This document shows positions 44,313 through 58,362 of a DNA stretch of 64,000 nt, in pieces. Under the pieces are notes generated by a model that worked only from the letters and a program-made list of their open reading frames with translations, had not been told where the DNA came from and searched no databases. The translations under genes were made by a program, and so were the position numbers. Every line of letters begins with the position of its first letter. Position 1 is the stretch's first letter. The stretch comes from Eledone cirrhosa (lineage: Eukaryota), in NCBI GenBank assembly GCA_964016885.1, contig OZ024745.1:94178001-94242000 (forward strand), written 5' to 3'.

Positions 44313-44490
44313 ACTTCGGCACAAGGCCAGCAAATACCCAGTACATTACTGGTACTTTATTTTATCGACCCCGTAAGGATGAAAGGCAAAGTTAACCTCG
44401 GCGGGATTTGAACTCAGACCGTAAAGGGACGTAACTATGCTAGAAAGCATGGCGTCCGACTCTCTACCGATACTGCCAATTCCCCGCCCT
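44313..44490 (-). mobile_element. Major-family SINE, abutting a second-family SINE fragment at ~44190-44312
   Basis: Reverse complement of the SINE head, core and tail. Confidence 0.85.
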
Positions 44491-44586
44491 CTTATATATA
44501 TATAATTGGTTATGCACGAGTGCATTAAGGTTTTCCAGGACACAGTGTTATGTACCGTGTAAGGGAAGGTCAGCTTACAACAGGTT

Positions 44587-44614
<28 letters not shown>

Positions 44615-44617
<3 letters not shown>

Positions 44618-45258
44618 CAAAATTTAGTACAGCATCATCGAAGCTCTGGTTGCAGCCAAGCTAACGAATGCAATCTCGGTGTGCAGCTAAGCACTCAATA
44701 GGGTATATTACCCTAGAGTTATAACATTACGTTTAGACAGCTTTGCAAATTGAAGACAGCGACCGATAGACGGGCCGCAGTGACCATAGCGACGAAAAAA
44801 AAAATGGACTCAGGATAAAAATTTGACTAACCTGGACCATCGCGTCGACATCATACACAACACATGATATATACCATATAATATACATCACATATAATAT
44901 ATAATATCTCCGCTAGGTTTCTGTAAATCCGAAATCGACAAAATCCACTTGCAGGGGTCTGTAAGTTAATGGTTATTTGGAAGATAGAACAAGGAATTTA
45001 CTTCGTCAACAAGTTTTTCGTTCTCGTCCGCCCGGGTGTGAATGCTAACAGTAACCACTGCTAGAAGGCACATGGTTTTCCCGAAGGGAGGTAACCCCCG
45101 GTTTTGGCGGTCAATTCAAATTTGGAACAAAGGAATAAAATTCCTTTACACAAACCGAATTAAGCACTCAACTAGAAGTTATCAAACAAACATAAACAAT
45201 TAATCAATCAATAGAATTAAATCAATTAATCATTAATTCTAGGAGATAATAATACAAA

Positions 45259-45263
<5 letters not shown>
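44615..45263. repeat. ~640-bp non-coding element in (TA)n, homologous to 31285-31891
   Basis: Shared blocks aagggaggtaacccc..ttttggcgg..ttcaaa, cacaaaccgaa, caattaatca.tcaatagaatt; begins and ends with atacaaaattta. Confidence 0.7.
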
Positions 45264-45287
<24 letters not shown>

Positions 45288-45292
<5 letters not shown>

Positions 45293-45468
45293 GTTTCTAC
45301 TTTTGGCACACGGCCAGCAATTACCCAGTGTATTACTGGTACTTTATTTTATCGACCCCGTAAGGATGAAAGGCAAAGTTAACCTCGGCAGGATTTGAAC
45401 TCAGAATGACAAGGGCCGTAACTCTATGCGTCAAAGCATGGTGTCCAACCCTCTACCGATACTGCCAA
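45288..45468 (-). mobile_element. Major-family SINE
   Basis: Core and tail match. Confidence 0.9.
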
Positions 45469-46894
45469 TAATGTAATTTATTCATATTTACATATACAAA
45501 CACCCGCACAATACATTTCCTATCCCAGTCATATTGCTACCATAAGAAGTTCGTTTCCCAGTCAAAAGGTTCTGAGTTCTAACCCTACATATGTCCTCAT
45601 AAACAGTTATTTCGACAAAGTTACTCATACATTTAATCCTGTATCTCATTTGTACATAAATGCTGAACGTTTATGTAATTATAGCCTAGAAATAAATAAT
45701 TAAATTATCGTTCTTATTTTTAATCACTTCCATGTGTCAGTAATCAATATAAACTAGAGGGTTTCTCTTATGCAAAACATTAATCTATCAACACACAAAT
45801 TTCCCAGTTTGTATGTTTGTTCATATATCCGGTAATATTAGTATATGTAGTATAGCAAACCTGGACTCCAAAAATTAATTACGCCCAACGAGTCTACTAG
45901 TTAAAAATAAAACATAAACTATTATTAATATGGTTTGTATCAGCCAAATAAAATATTGGAAAGTGCAAAAGAACACGATGAAATTAAGCAACTAATTGTA
46001 TTGTTGTTACTGTTTTGCTCTAAGCCCGCCCTAATCAAACATACTTATGCTGGAAGACATTTTAACCATGATCATCCTCTTATTTACGAATCATTAGTAC
46101 TTGAAATACTTTGTTTTAAACCAGATCAGCTTTGATTTAGTAGATCCATATCAAAGGAGTTCCAGCCGTGACCACCCAAACATAATGCTGCTAGTATTAC
46201 GATATCCAACGTAACCGTTCTCTTTTTAAGCTAGTAGGAATGATTTGAAAAGCATTTGGCTGCTATTTCTCTTAAGTCGAGCGACAACCTGGAAACCCCT
46301 TATTGAATTGTTTTTTAAAAGTCCAGTCAACTGTTATGTAGCCGACATTTGACCATTAGTGTTCTAGCCACGACCATTCCATTTTTATTCAAATACAGTG
46401 TGACTAGGATTACATTATCCTTAAAGGAACAAAATCGTATTTTAAGGAAAATTTTAGTTGCTAATTCTAACAGATACAGTGAAAACTTAGAAACTCTCTC
46501 GATTTTACTTTGGTGGAAGTAACTTTTTAAGTCTAAAATATCAATAAGAAATAAAGGCTATGAGTTCGAATCCATCTCGGTACTCAGTAAATATCTAGGG
46601 ATTTGACACTTGGTGACGATTGGAGCGGAGTTGGCTGCCCACAGGTGTAAGCCCCGCGATGTAGAGTGGCTGTTCCATCGCGTCTCCCTCACTGTCCTTC
46701 GGGGCAATGTATTCTCCATCCTATTGGCTGGGACCCAGAAGCGGAGGGTAAGTTAGTTGGAAGTGAAAGATACTCATTCGGACGTCACTTTCTCTCAATT
46801 TCTTTAAAAGTCTTCCTTATTTATACTGTGCTTGCCATTGACACGTTAGTTCTTGTCTGGTGACCCACCGATCAAAACAGTGTAGATATAAATG

Positions 46895-48190
46895 TTGATT
46901 TCTAATTTAGGCACAATGCCAACAATTTGGGAGAAGGGCAAAGTTGATTAAATCAACCTCAGTGCATTACTGGTACTTTATCTGTAAGGATGAAAGTCAA
47001 AGTTAACCTCGGCAGGATTTGAAACTCAGATCGTAAAGGGCCGTAACTCTATGACATAAAGCATGTTATCCAATGCTATACCGATACTGCCAATCCACCG
47101 CCCTTGATTTGATTATTGATTTCTAATTTAGGTACAAGGTCAAAAAATTTGGCGGAAGGGCAAAATTGATTAAATCAATCCAAGTATTTAACTAGTACTT
47201 TATTTTATCGACTCCAGAAGGATGAAAGAACCAGTTAACCTTGGCATTGACGGTGTTTGAATTTAGCACGTAAAGAGCAAGAACAAATAGCGTAAAGGTA
47301 TTTTCTCCGATGCTCTACCAATTCTGTCAATCTACGAACTTCGTGTGTATATGAAGTAGGTTGCGGTTGACTTAAGTTGTCGCAAACTGGTGGTGGATTG
47401 GCAGTATCGGTAGAGAGTCGGATGTCATGCTTTGACGCATAGAGTTACGGCCCTTTCCATTCTGAGTACAAATCGCACCGAGGTCAACTTTGCCTTTCAT
47501 CCTTACGGGTTCGATAAAATAAAGTACCAGTAATGTACTGGGTAATTGCTGGCCTTGTACCAAAAGTAGAAACAATTATTTTATTGATCCACAAGGCGGT
47601 GGATTGACAGTATCGATAGAGGGTTGGACGCCATGCTTTGACGCATAGTTACGTTCCATTACGGTCTGAGTTCAAATCTCGTCGAGGTTAACTTTGCCTT
47701 TCATCCTTACGGGGTCGATAAAATAAAGTACCAGTAATGTACTGGGTAATTGCTGGCCTTGTACCAAAAGTAGAAACAATTATTTTATTGATCCACAAGG
47801 CGGTGGATTGACAGTATCGATAGAGGGTTGGACGCCATGCTTTGCAGCATGGAGTTACCTCCCTTTATGATCTGAGTTAAAATCCCGCCGAGCCTTGTAC
47901 CAAAAGTACAAACAATTATTTTATTGATCCATAAGGCGGTGGATTGACAGTATCGGTAGAAGGTCGGACGCCATGCTTTGCAGCATGGAGTTACCTCCCT
48001 TTATGATCTGAGTTAAAATCCCGCCGAGACTTGTGCCAAAATTAGAAACAATTATTTTGTTCATCCCTTCCTGTGGAGATCAATTTTGCCTTTCATCATT
48101 CCGAGACCGAATAAATAAAGTACCAGTCCAATACTGGGATCGATATTTTCGACTTTCCCCTCCTTTCAAATTGCTCACTAAATCAGGAAA
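46895..48190. mobile_element. SINE cluster: two minus copies, then four or more tandem plus copies
   Basis: Plus copies are joined by the same spacer attattttattgatccaYaaggcggtggattgacag (~47575, ~47779, ~47915). Confidence 0.9.
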
Positions 48191-48397
48191 AACTTATTTT
48201 GTTGATCCCCTATGAATAATGAAACACAATTTAATCTGGGACTAAAGAAATACAAAAACAAGAGAATCTGCCTGATTATAAAATCTCGATTAGAGAAACG
48301 TGATATACATATAAATCACAGCAATGTATGAAAGTGAAAGTAGACGTGAGTTCTCATAGAGAATTACAAGTAAATCGGATCTTATTATATAAAACCA

Positions 48398-48589
48398 TAG
48401 GGCGGTGGATTGGCAGTATCGGTAGAGAGTCGGACGCCATGATTTGCAGCATAGAGTTACGCCTCTTTATGGTCTGAGTTCGAATCCCGCCGAGGTTAAC
48501 TTTGCCTTTCATCCTTACGGGGTTGATAGAATAAAGTACCAGTAATGCACTGGGATAATTGCTGGCCTTGTGCGAAAAAGTAGAAACAG
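48398..48589 (+). mobile_element. Full-length SINE with 13-bp TSD
   Basis: ttatataaaacca at 48385-48397 and 48590-48602. Confidence 0.93.
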
Positions 48590-48735
48590 TTATATAAAAC
48601 CACCAGGCAAAACAATTTCATCTGGTAGCCATAGCAACCGTAGCAGAAAACAATATATCTCCTTCAAAAGAATTGGAGAAATTGTTCTTATCCAAAGAAT
48701 TTGAAATAGAAACAACCAAAATTCCGCGAATATAA

Positions 48736-51700
48736 ATAGAAACAATCTATATAATAATAGCTACACTGTTTGACACAGATAACTATGTAATAGGAACAAT
48801 GTATATAATAATAGCTACATTGTTTGACACAGATAACTATGTAATAGAAACAATGTATATAATAATAGCTACACTGTTTGACACAGATAACTATGTAATA
48901 GAAACAATGTATATAATAATAGCTACACTGTTTGACACAGATAACTATGTAATAGAAATAATATATATAATAATAGCTACTCTGTTTGACACAGATAAGT
49001 ATGTAATAGAAACAATGTATATAATAATAGCTACACTGTTTGACACAGATAACTATGTAATAGGAACAATCTATATAATAATAGCTACACTGTTTGACAC
49101 AGATAACTATGTAATAGAAACAATATATATAATAATAGCTACTCTGTTTGACACAGATAAGTATGTAATAGAAACAATGTATATAATAATAGCTACACTG
49201 TTTGACACAGATAACTATGTAATAGAAACAATGTATATAATTGTTTCTACGTTAGGCACAAGGCCACCAATTACCCAGTGTATTACTGGTACTTTATTTT
49301 ATCGACCCCGTAAGGGTGAAAGGCAAAGTTAACCTCGGCGGGATTTGAACTCTGTATATAATATAATTTGAACAATGTATATAATAATAGCTACACTGTT
49401 TGACACAGATAACTATGTAATAGAAACAATGTATATAATAATAGCTACACTGTTTGACACAGATAACTATGTAATAGAAACAATGTATATAATAATAGCT
49501 AGACTGTTTGACACAGATAACTATGTAATAGAAACAATGTATATAATAATAGCTAGACTGTTTGACACAGATAACTATGTAATAGAAACAATGTATATAA
49601 TAATAGCTACACTGTTTGACACAGATAACTATGTAATAGAAACAATGTATATAATAATATCTACACTGTTTGACACAGATAATTATGTAATAGAAACAAT
49701 GTATATAATAATAGCTACACTGTTTGACACAGATAATTATGTAATAGAAACAATCTATATAATAATAGCTACACTGTTTGACACAGATAACTATGTAATA
49801 GAAACAATGTATATAATAATAGATACACTGTTTGACACAGATAACTATGTAATAGAAACAATGTATACAATAATAGCTACACTGTTTGTCACAGATAACT
49901 ATGTAATAGAAACAATGTATGTAATAATAGCTACACTATTTGACACAGATAACTATGTAATAGAAACAATGTATATAATAATAGCTACACTGTTTGACAC
50001 AGATAACTATGTAATAGAAACAATGTATATAATAATAGCTACACTGTTTGACACAGATAACTATGTAATAGAAACAATGTATATAATAATAGCTACACTG
50101 TTTGACACAGATAACTATGTAATAGAAACAATGTATATAATAATAGCTACACTGTGTGTCACAGATAACTATATAATAGAAACAATGTATATAATAATAG
50201 CTACACTGTTTGACACAGATAACTATGTAATAGAAACAATGTATATAATAGTAGCTACACTGTTTGACACAGATAACTATGTAATAGAAACAATGTATAT
50301 AATAATAGCTACACTGTTTGACACAGATAACTATGTAATAGAAACAATGTATATAATAATATCTACACTGTTTGACACAGATAACTATGTAATAGAAACA
50401 ATGTATATAATAATAGCTACACTGTTTGACACAGATAAGTATGTAATAGAAACAATGTATATAATAATAGCTACACTGTTTGACACAGATAACTATGTAA
50501 TAGAAACAATGTATATAATAATAGCTACACTGTTTGACACAGATAACTATGTAATAGAAACAATGTATATAATAATAGCTACACTGTTTGACACAGATAA
50601 CTATGTAATAGAAACAATGTATATAATAATAGCTACATTGTTTGACACAGATAACTATGTAATAGAAACAATGTATATAATAATAGCTACACTGTTTGAC
50701 ACAGATAACTATGTAATAGAAACAATGTATATAATAATAGCTACACTGTTTGACACAGATAACTATGTAATAGAAACAATGTATATAATAATAGCTACAC
50801 TGTTTGACACAGATAACTATGTAATAGAAACAATCTATATAATAATAGCTACATTGTTTGACACAGATAACTATGTAATAGAAACAATCTATATAATAAT
50901 AGCTACACTGTTTGACACAGATAATTATGTAATAGAAACAATGTATATAATAATAGCTACTCTGTTTGACACAGATAAGTATGTAATAGAAACAATGTAT
51001 ATAATAATAGCTACACTGTTTGACACAGATAACTATGTAATAGAAACAATGTATATAATAATAGCTACACTGTTTGACACAGATAACTATGTAATAGAAA
51101 CAATGTATATAATAATAGCTACATTGTTTGACACAGATAACTATGTAATAGAAACAATGTATATAATAATAGCTACACTGTTTGACACTGATAACTATGT
51201 AATAGAAACAATCTATATAATAATAGCTACATTGTTTGACACAGATAACTATGTAATAGAAACACTGTATATAATAATAGCTACACTGTTTGACACAGAT
51301 AACTATGTAATAGAAACAATGTATATAATAATAGCTACACTGTTTGACACAGATAACTATGTAATAGAAACAATGTATATAATAGTAGCTACACTGTTTG
51401 ACACAGATAACTATGTAACAGAAACAATGTATATAATAATAGCTACACTGTTTGACACAGATAACTATGTAATAGAAACAATGTATATAATAGTAACTAC
51501 ACTGTTTGACACAGATAACTATGTAATAGAAACAATGTATATAATAGTAGCTACACTGTTTGACACTGATAACTATGTAATAGAAACAATGTATATAATA
51601 ATAGCTACACTGTTTGACACAGATAACTATGTAATAGAAACAATGTATATAATAATAGCTACACTGTTTGACACAGATAACTATGTAATAGAAACAATGT

Positions 51701-53094
51701 ATATAATAATAGCTACACTGTTTGACACAGATAACTATGTAATAGAAACAATCTATATAATAATAGCTACATTGTTTGACACAGATAACTATGTAATAGA
51801 AACAATCTATATAATAATAGCTACACTGTTTGACACAGATAATTATGTAATAGAAACAATGTATATAATAATAGCTACTCTGTTTGACACAGATAAGTAT
51901 GTAATAGAAACAATGTATATAATAATAGCTACACTGTTTGACACAGATAACTATGTAATAGAAACAATGTATATAATAATAGCTACACTGTTTGACACAG
52001 ATAACTATGTAATAGAAACAATGTATATAATAATAGCTACATTGTTTGACACAGATAACTATGTAATAGAAACAATGTATATAATAATAGCTACACTGTT
52101 TGACACAGATAACTATGTAATAGAAACAATGTATATAATAGTAGCTACACTGTTTGACACAGATAACTATGTAATAGAAACAATGTATATAATAGTAGCT
52201 ACACTGTTTGACACTGATAACTATGTAATAGAAACAATGTATATAATAATAGCTACACTGTTTGACACAGATAACTATGTAATAGAAACAATGTATATAA
52301 TAGTAGCTACACTGTTTGACACAGATAACTATGTAATAGAAACAATGTATATAATAATAGCTACACTGTTTGACACAGATAACTATGTAATAGAAACAAT
52401 GTATATAATAATAGCTACACTGTTAGACACAGATAACTATGTAATAGAAACAATGTATATAATAATAGCTACACTGTTTGACACAGATAACTATGTAATA
52501 GAAACAATGTATATAATAATAGCTACACTGTTTGACACAGATAACTATGTAATAGAAACAATCTATATAATAATAGCTACACTGTTTGACACAGATAACT
52601 ATGTATTAGAAACAATGTATATAATAATAGCTACACTGTTTGACACAGATAACTATGTAATAGAAAATATGTATATAATAATAGCTACATTATTTGACAC
52701 AGATAACTATGTAGTAGAAACAATGTATATAATAATAGCTACACTGTTTGTCACAGATAACTATGTAATAGAAACAATGTATATAATAAGAGCTACACTG
52801 TTTGACACAGATAACTATGTAATAGAAACAATGTATATAATAATAGCTACCCTGTTAGACACAGATAACTACCTAATAGAAACAATGTATATAATAATAG
52901 CTACACTGTTTGACACAGATAACTATGTAATAGAAACAATCTATATAATAATAGCTACACTGTTTGACACAGATAACTATGTAATAGAAACAATGTATAT
53001 AATAATAGCTACACTGTTTGACACAGATAACTATGTAATAGAAACAATCTATATAATAATAGCTACACTGTTTGACACAGATAACTATGTAATA
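48736..53094 (+). repeat. 54-bp minisatellite, ~78 units, interrupted by a truncated SINE at ~49240-49352
   Basis: Consensus atagaaacaatgtatataataatagctacactgtttgacacagataactatgta; stop-free frame IETMYIIIATLFDTDNYV (1250-aa ORF). Confidence 0.98.
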
Positions 53095-53289
53095 AAACTT
53101 AAACAAATAGATATATACATTTTATAACAAAAAATAACACTAGTGGAGATGGTAAGACATAGGGTGCACGATATAATCAATTCGACAAAAATATTCACAT
53201 ATACATAGACTCACACATATGTACAGTCTAGGTAATAGAGCTGCAGTCCACCATGATGGGAAAAGACGCGGAAATTAAGATTACTTTAA

Positions 53290-54220
53290 TAATTGTTTCT
53301 ACTTTTGGCACAAGGCCAGCAATTATTCTAGTGCATTACTGGTACTTTATTTTATCGACCCTGTAAGGATGAAAGGCAAAATCAACCTCGGCGGGATTTG
53401 AACTCAGACCGTAAAGGGACGTAACTATGCTGGAAAACATGGCGTCCAACGCTCTACCGATACTGCTAATCCACCACCCTTAAGATTAATTTAATAATGA
53501 TTTCTACTTTAGGCACAAGGTCAGCAATTTGGGGAGAGGGGGAAGTCGATTAAATCAACCACAGTGCATTACTGGTACTTTATTTTATCCACCCCGTAAG
53601 GATGAAAGGGAAAGTTAACCTCGGCGAGATTTGAACTCAGAACGTAAAGAGACGTAACTATGCCGCGAAGCAAGGTGTCCGAGGCTCTACCGATTCTGCC
53701 AATCGACCGCCCTAAGATTACTGTAATAATAATAAGTTTCTGATTGAGAAACAAGGCCAACTATTTTTGGGTAGAGGAAAGTCGATTAAATCGACTCCAG
53801 CGTATTGCTGGTACTTTATTTTATCGACTCCGTAAGGATAAAAGGCAAATTAACCTCGGTGGGATTTGAACTCAGTCCGTAAAGGGAGGTAACTGTGCTG
53901 CAAAGCATGGCGTCCGACCCTCTGCGGATACTGCCAATCCATCAATAATAATAGTTTCTACTTTTGGTACAAGGCCAGCAATTAACCAGTGCATTACTGG
54001 TACTTTATTTTAACGACCCCGTAATAATGATAATTGTTTCTACTTTTGGCACAAGGCCAGCAATTACTCAGTGTATGACTGGTACTTTATTTTATCGACC
54101 CCGTAAGGATGAAAGGCAAAGTTCACCTCGGCGGGATTTGAACTCAGAATGGCAAGGGCCGTAACTCTATACGTCAAAGCATGGCGTCCGACCCTCTACC
54201 GATACTGCCAATCCACTGCC
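53290..54220 (-). mobile_element. Head-to-tail cluster of about 5 SINEs
   Basis: Repeated reverse-complement tail, core and head, separated by AAT-rich linkers. Confidence 0.9.
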
Positions 54221-54242
54221 ATAATAATGATAATGATATGAA

Positions 54243-54655
54243 GAATGATTTCTTTATCACCCACAAGGGCTTACAAAAAGATCAATGATGTACAAGAAAA
54301 CGTATAAAAATGAGAAATAAGAAAAACAAAAAGCAGAAATAATAAAATCTCCACCAAAGTGGAGAGACTTCCAAAGGCTACTTATCTAAAACCCCAACAA
54401 ACACAACCACCGTGACCACTAAGGCAAGTACCTTCTCCCAGTTATTCTACTCTAATCTACATATGCATATCCATAGCATGCTCGTATACTCTGTCTATGC
54501 CTACCAATCTCACCCACCTTCAAACAAATTTGACAGTACTTCCTTCTCTAGCCTTAATTTCCCTTTGAAGTGAAGCTTGAAAAAGTCGAAATTGTCTGCT
54601 TTTTCAATCACGTCCACCATACTTCTTTCGTCATAGTTGCCTGAAAGATAAAAAC
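54243..54655 (-). mobile_element. Degenerate 3' fragment of a Tx1-type LINE related to 25933-30761
   Basis: FFKLHFKGKLRLEKEVL versus FLKFHLERKVRVEREVL; same terminal pattern atgatttc..cccacaagggc. Confidence 0.65.
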
Positions 54656-56823
54656 TGCCTAATTTAGGCACGAGGCCAGCAATTTTGGGGAAAGGAGGAT
54701 AAGTCGATCACATTGACCCAGTTCTCGACTGGTACTTTATTTTATTTAATTTAAAAAAAAAAGATGTTTTGAAATGTCAGCACTGAAATAAATTTATTGT
54801 TCGAAACTTTATCATAATTAAAAACTAGATTGAGAAGAAAGAATGGAATGTAAAATAAGAAAATATAAAAAACAGAAAAGGATGGGAAAGGCAAGGGCTC
54901 TAGTGTAACAGAAATATGGGAAAGGTGAGGGTGATGAACTCTGGGCCTAGGGCGCAGTGGTAAAGGGCTGCACCCCGCGGAAAAGACCACAAAAGCGTTC
55001 GAAGGATGAAGAGCAAAATTGATATCGGTAAGATTTGAACTCAGAACGTAAAGACCCCCGAACAAATAGCACAAGGTATTTTTCCCGTTTCTCTAACGAT
55101 TCTGTCAAGTCAATACTCTCTTCCTAATGATGATTTATTACTTGGGTGCAGGTCTGTAACTTTTGTGGTGAAGGGACAGTCAATTATGTCGACACCATTA
55201 CATGACTAGTATTTATTTTTTCGACCTAGGAAAGATGAAAGGCAAAGTAGTAGATTTGAATTCAGATGTAAAGGAACGTAACTAAATACAACACAATATT
55301 TTGATCAGAGCTCTACCGCCTCTACTCTCACAATCTAGGATTAACTATAGTTTTTTCACTTATTACAAAACCATTAAAGTCAAAAAACAAATGATTTATA
55401 TTACGTCGTGGTTTCAGAAGCAGTACAAACATTCTATCCTATCTGAACTACTAATTAGAGTGATAGTCACGTGACAGCAACGTTTTCCAGTCTCGTTCTC
55501 ATTAATCCTATTTCATTAGCATTTAACAATAGACCTTGCTATCGTTTGTGTATTCTTTCGATATTTATTGTTTCTTCCATATTTTATCGCCATGGGTGTT
55601 AATTTCTCGTTTTACAGTTTTCAAAACAAATCCCAATTGTTTTTATGAAGGTGATAATGTTGCTGGTGTTGCTGTTGACAAGGCTGATGCTAGTGGTGGT
55701 GAAAACCATCGTCTTCATCATTATCACCATCCTTAGAATACAAAGAAGAGTATAAAGAACTATTTTTCTGCCGATTATTTTTCAATGTGAGCAAATAATC
55801 CGAGCGCCATCTGTGTACAAAAGCAAGCATTAGCAAAGGTTTTCATCAATCATTGTCAGTTCGACTCTCCATAGAATTTGTAATTAACCATCCAGATCAC
55901 ATGTTCTGAGCTACTGAAATACATATGCAAATAGATTTGTGTATAAATGCATCCAAATGTATATAAATGCATTCACACGTACATATAAGCGTAGAGTTAT
56001 ACATATATAGACACACACATAATATAATGTAATATATAATATAATATAATATAATATATAAAAGAACGATACCTGTGAAATCGTGGAACAACTGATTGCT
56101 CCATCAGGAACATTCAACCTTTGCTCTAAGGTGTTAATATTTGTCACAAACAAAATGCCGGGTGGATATCTTTTTTGGGGTTGCTAATATAATGGAATAT
56201 TTTCCAGTTGGCTTACAGGAAGATTGTTGTTAGTCTGGAACCAGAAGAGTTGTCCCAAACGGGTAAGTATGTAGTTATATGTTATTCTGATTTTCGCGAT
56301 TACTTATTCAACCAAGCAGGAATCTCTTATGAAATATAAACCAATCGAAACAAACAGAAAAACTTTCGGAAAATCCAATTTGGTTCCGTAACTTCACTGT
56401 TTCATTAATTAACACATGCTATGCAGGTGACACTAAATCAAATAATTAACATTTTGGCTTACTTAAATTTTGCGTTTAAATCACGTGATTTTACTAAGCT
56501 AACAACATATTAAGAAGAAACATCTTTCCGTGCATTTTTTTCTGTAATCTTAGTCAATTGTCAGATTCCTCATTAGTTCTGCATAGATGTTCTTCTTTTC
56601 GATAATCTTTAATATTATATTGGCATCATCTTGGCAGTTGACTTCCACTACTGTGCATGCCTACTTTTTCCTGTCCCATATCACTATATCTGGTCTGTTA
56701 TGCTTGCATTTTTTTGGGGGTTTTGACTGGAACATTCCACCAGTACTCTTTTATATTATGTATGTATATGTCTTCCACATTGCTGTATATATGTATGTAC
56801 AGACACACACACCCATACATATA

Positions 56824-56900
56824 CAGGATGTCCCCACCAAAATGTATATACACTATTATTAGAATGCTGTTGAAGTGGGTATATTTTTTGGGGGGACACC

Positions 56901-56903
<3 letters not shown>
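56824..56903. mobile_element. 80-bp Tc1/mariner-type MITE
   Basis: TA|CAGGATGTCCCCACCAAAAT ... ATTTTTTGGGGGGACACCCTG|TA. Confidence 0.65.
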
Positions 56904-56975
<72 letters not shown>

Positions 56976-57479
56976 TGTGTATAACAATGTAAACCGTTGT
57001 GTTGAGTGGCGCCCCTTTAAGTGGCGTCAGCCATAAGTAGAGAAGGAGATGCGACCGAACAGAACCGATTTACAAACGGTGCCCCAGCATGGTCAAAGTA
57101 CAATAACAGAAACCTGTGCAGATGAGGCATCGAACGGGCAAATTCGTTAGAGTGTCTGATAGAACGTGTTGATGTATTTGGGCCGTTCCCTGTACATTGA
57201 GCTGAACATTTGCGTAGATTAATTTTACCTAGCTTTCTTTCGTTGGTGTTAAATAAAGTATCAGTTGAGTACTGGGGATCAATACTTCTCCATCTACTTG
57301 GATGTCATCGACAGTCAGATCTGAAGAAGAATGGACTCCAGCATGTTTAAATGATTAAGATGCAGCGAATGTCACCGGTAGGCCACTGTAAGGCCACCTT
57401 GACGACACCTCTAAAATACTGCCAGGATTGGAGGGAGGAATATGTACACACTAAGGTAAAGCGTGTAGGATAATAATAA

Positions 57480-58331
57480 GGGTTTCTTATATAGACACAA
57501 GGCCAGCAATTACCCAGTGCATTAATAATTGTTTCTACTTTAGGCACAAGGCCAGAAATTACCCAGTGCATTACTGGTACTTTATTTTATCGACCCCGTA
57601 AGGATGAAAGGCAAAGTTAACCTCGGCAGTGCATTAATAATAATGGTTTCTTATATAGGCACAAGGCCAGCAATTTTGGTGGAGGGGAAAGTCGATTAAA
57701 TCGACCCCCCACTACGTTACTGGTGTTTTATTTTATCGACCCCCGTAAAGATGAAAGGCAAAGTTAACCTCGGCGGGATTCGAACTCAGAATGTAAAGGG
57801 CCGTGACTCTATGCCACAAAGCAGGGTGTCCGACGCTCTACCGATTCTGCCAATCCACCACCCCATGTAGGATAAAAATAATGGTTTCTTATATAGGCAC
57901 AAGGCCAGCAATTTTTGGGAAGGGGAAAGTCGACTAAATCGGCCCCAGTGCATTACTGGTACTTTATTTTATGGACCCCGTAAGGATGAAAGGTAAAGTT
58001 AACCTCGGTGGGATTTGAACTCAGACCGTAAAGGGCCGTAATTCTATGCTGCAAAGCATGGTGTCCGACACTCTACCGATTCTACCAATCCACCGCCGTA
58101 TGTAGGATAAAAATAATAAAAACGATGGATGAAATATAAAGGTTGTGAATGTAGAACTGCCCCCATTTCCAATAAAGATAGAACTATCCACCATCCACGC
58201 CCCGCCGCCACAACTTAAAAGGAGAAACTATTCAATATAAAAGACAAGATATTCCAAGAAAGAAATACAAAGAAACAAATGGAAAAGAAAAACAAGAATA
58301 TCATAGAAAGCGAAAGGGAGAGAGTGAAAGG

Positions 58332-58362
<31 letters not shown>

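Larger units (their letters stand above)
48230..53270 (+). pseudogene. Caspase-like relic carrying the 54-bp array and two SINE insertions
   Basis: MKVKVDV..LLYKT | LVAIATV..ELEKLFLSKEFEIE (48670-48711; L..LF..LGFEV-like) in frame with the array, then DIYIL*Q (ILSH-like), SGDGK and RVHDIINS after it. Confidence 0.45.

Noticed and set aside
45480-46880. Further gene relic or distinct element
   Set aside because: Only faint SINE-like and degenerate repeat traces are visible; nothing supportable.
48736-48790. 54-bp unit derived from the SINE tail
   Set aside because: Only TAGAAACAAT is shared, and the unit is continuous with non-SINE flanking sequence.
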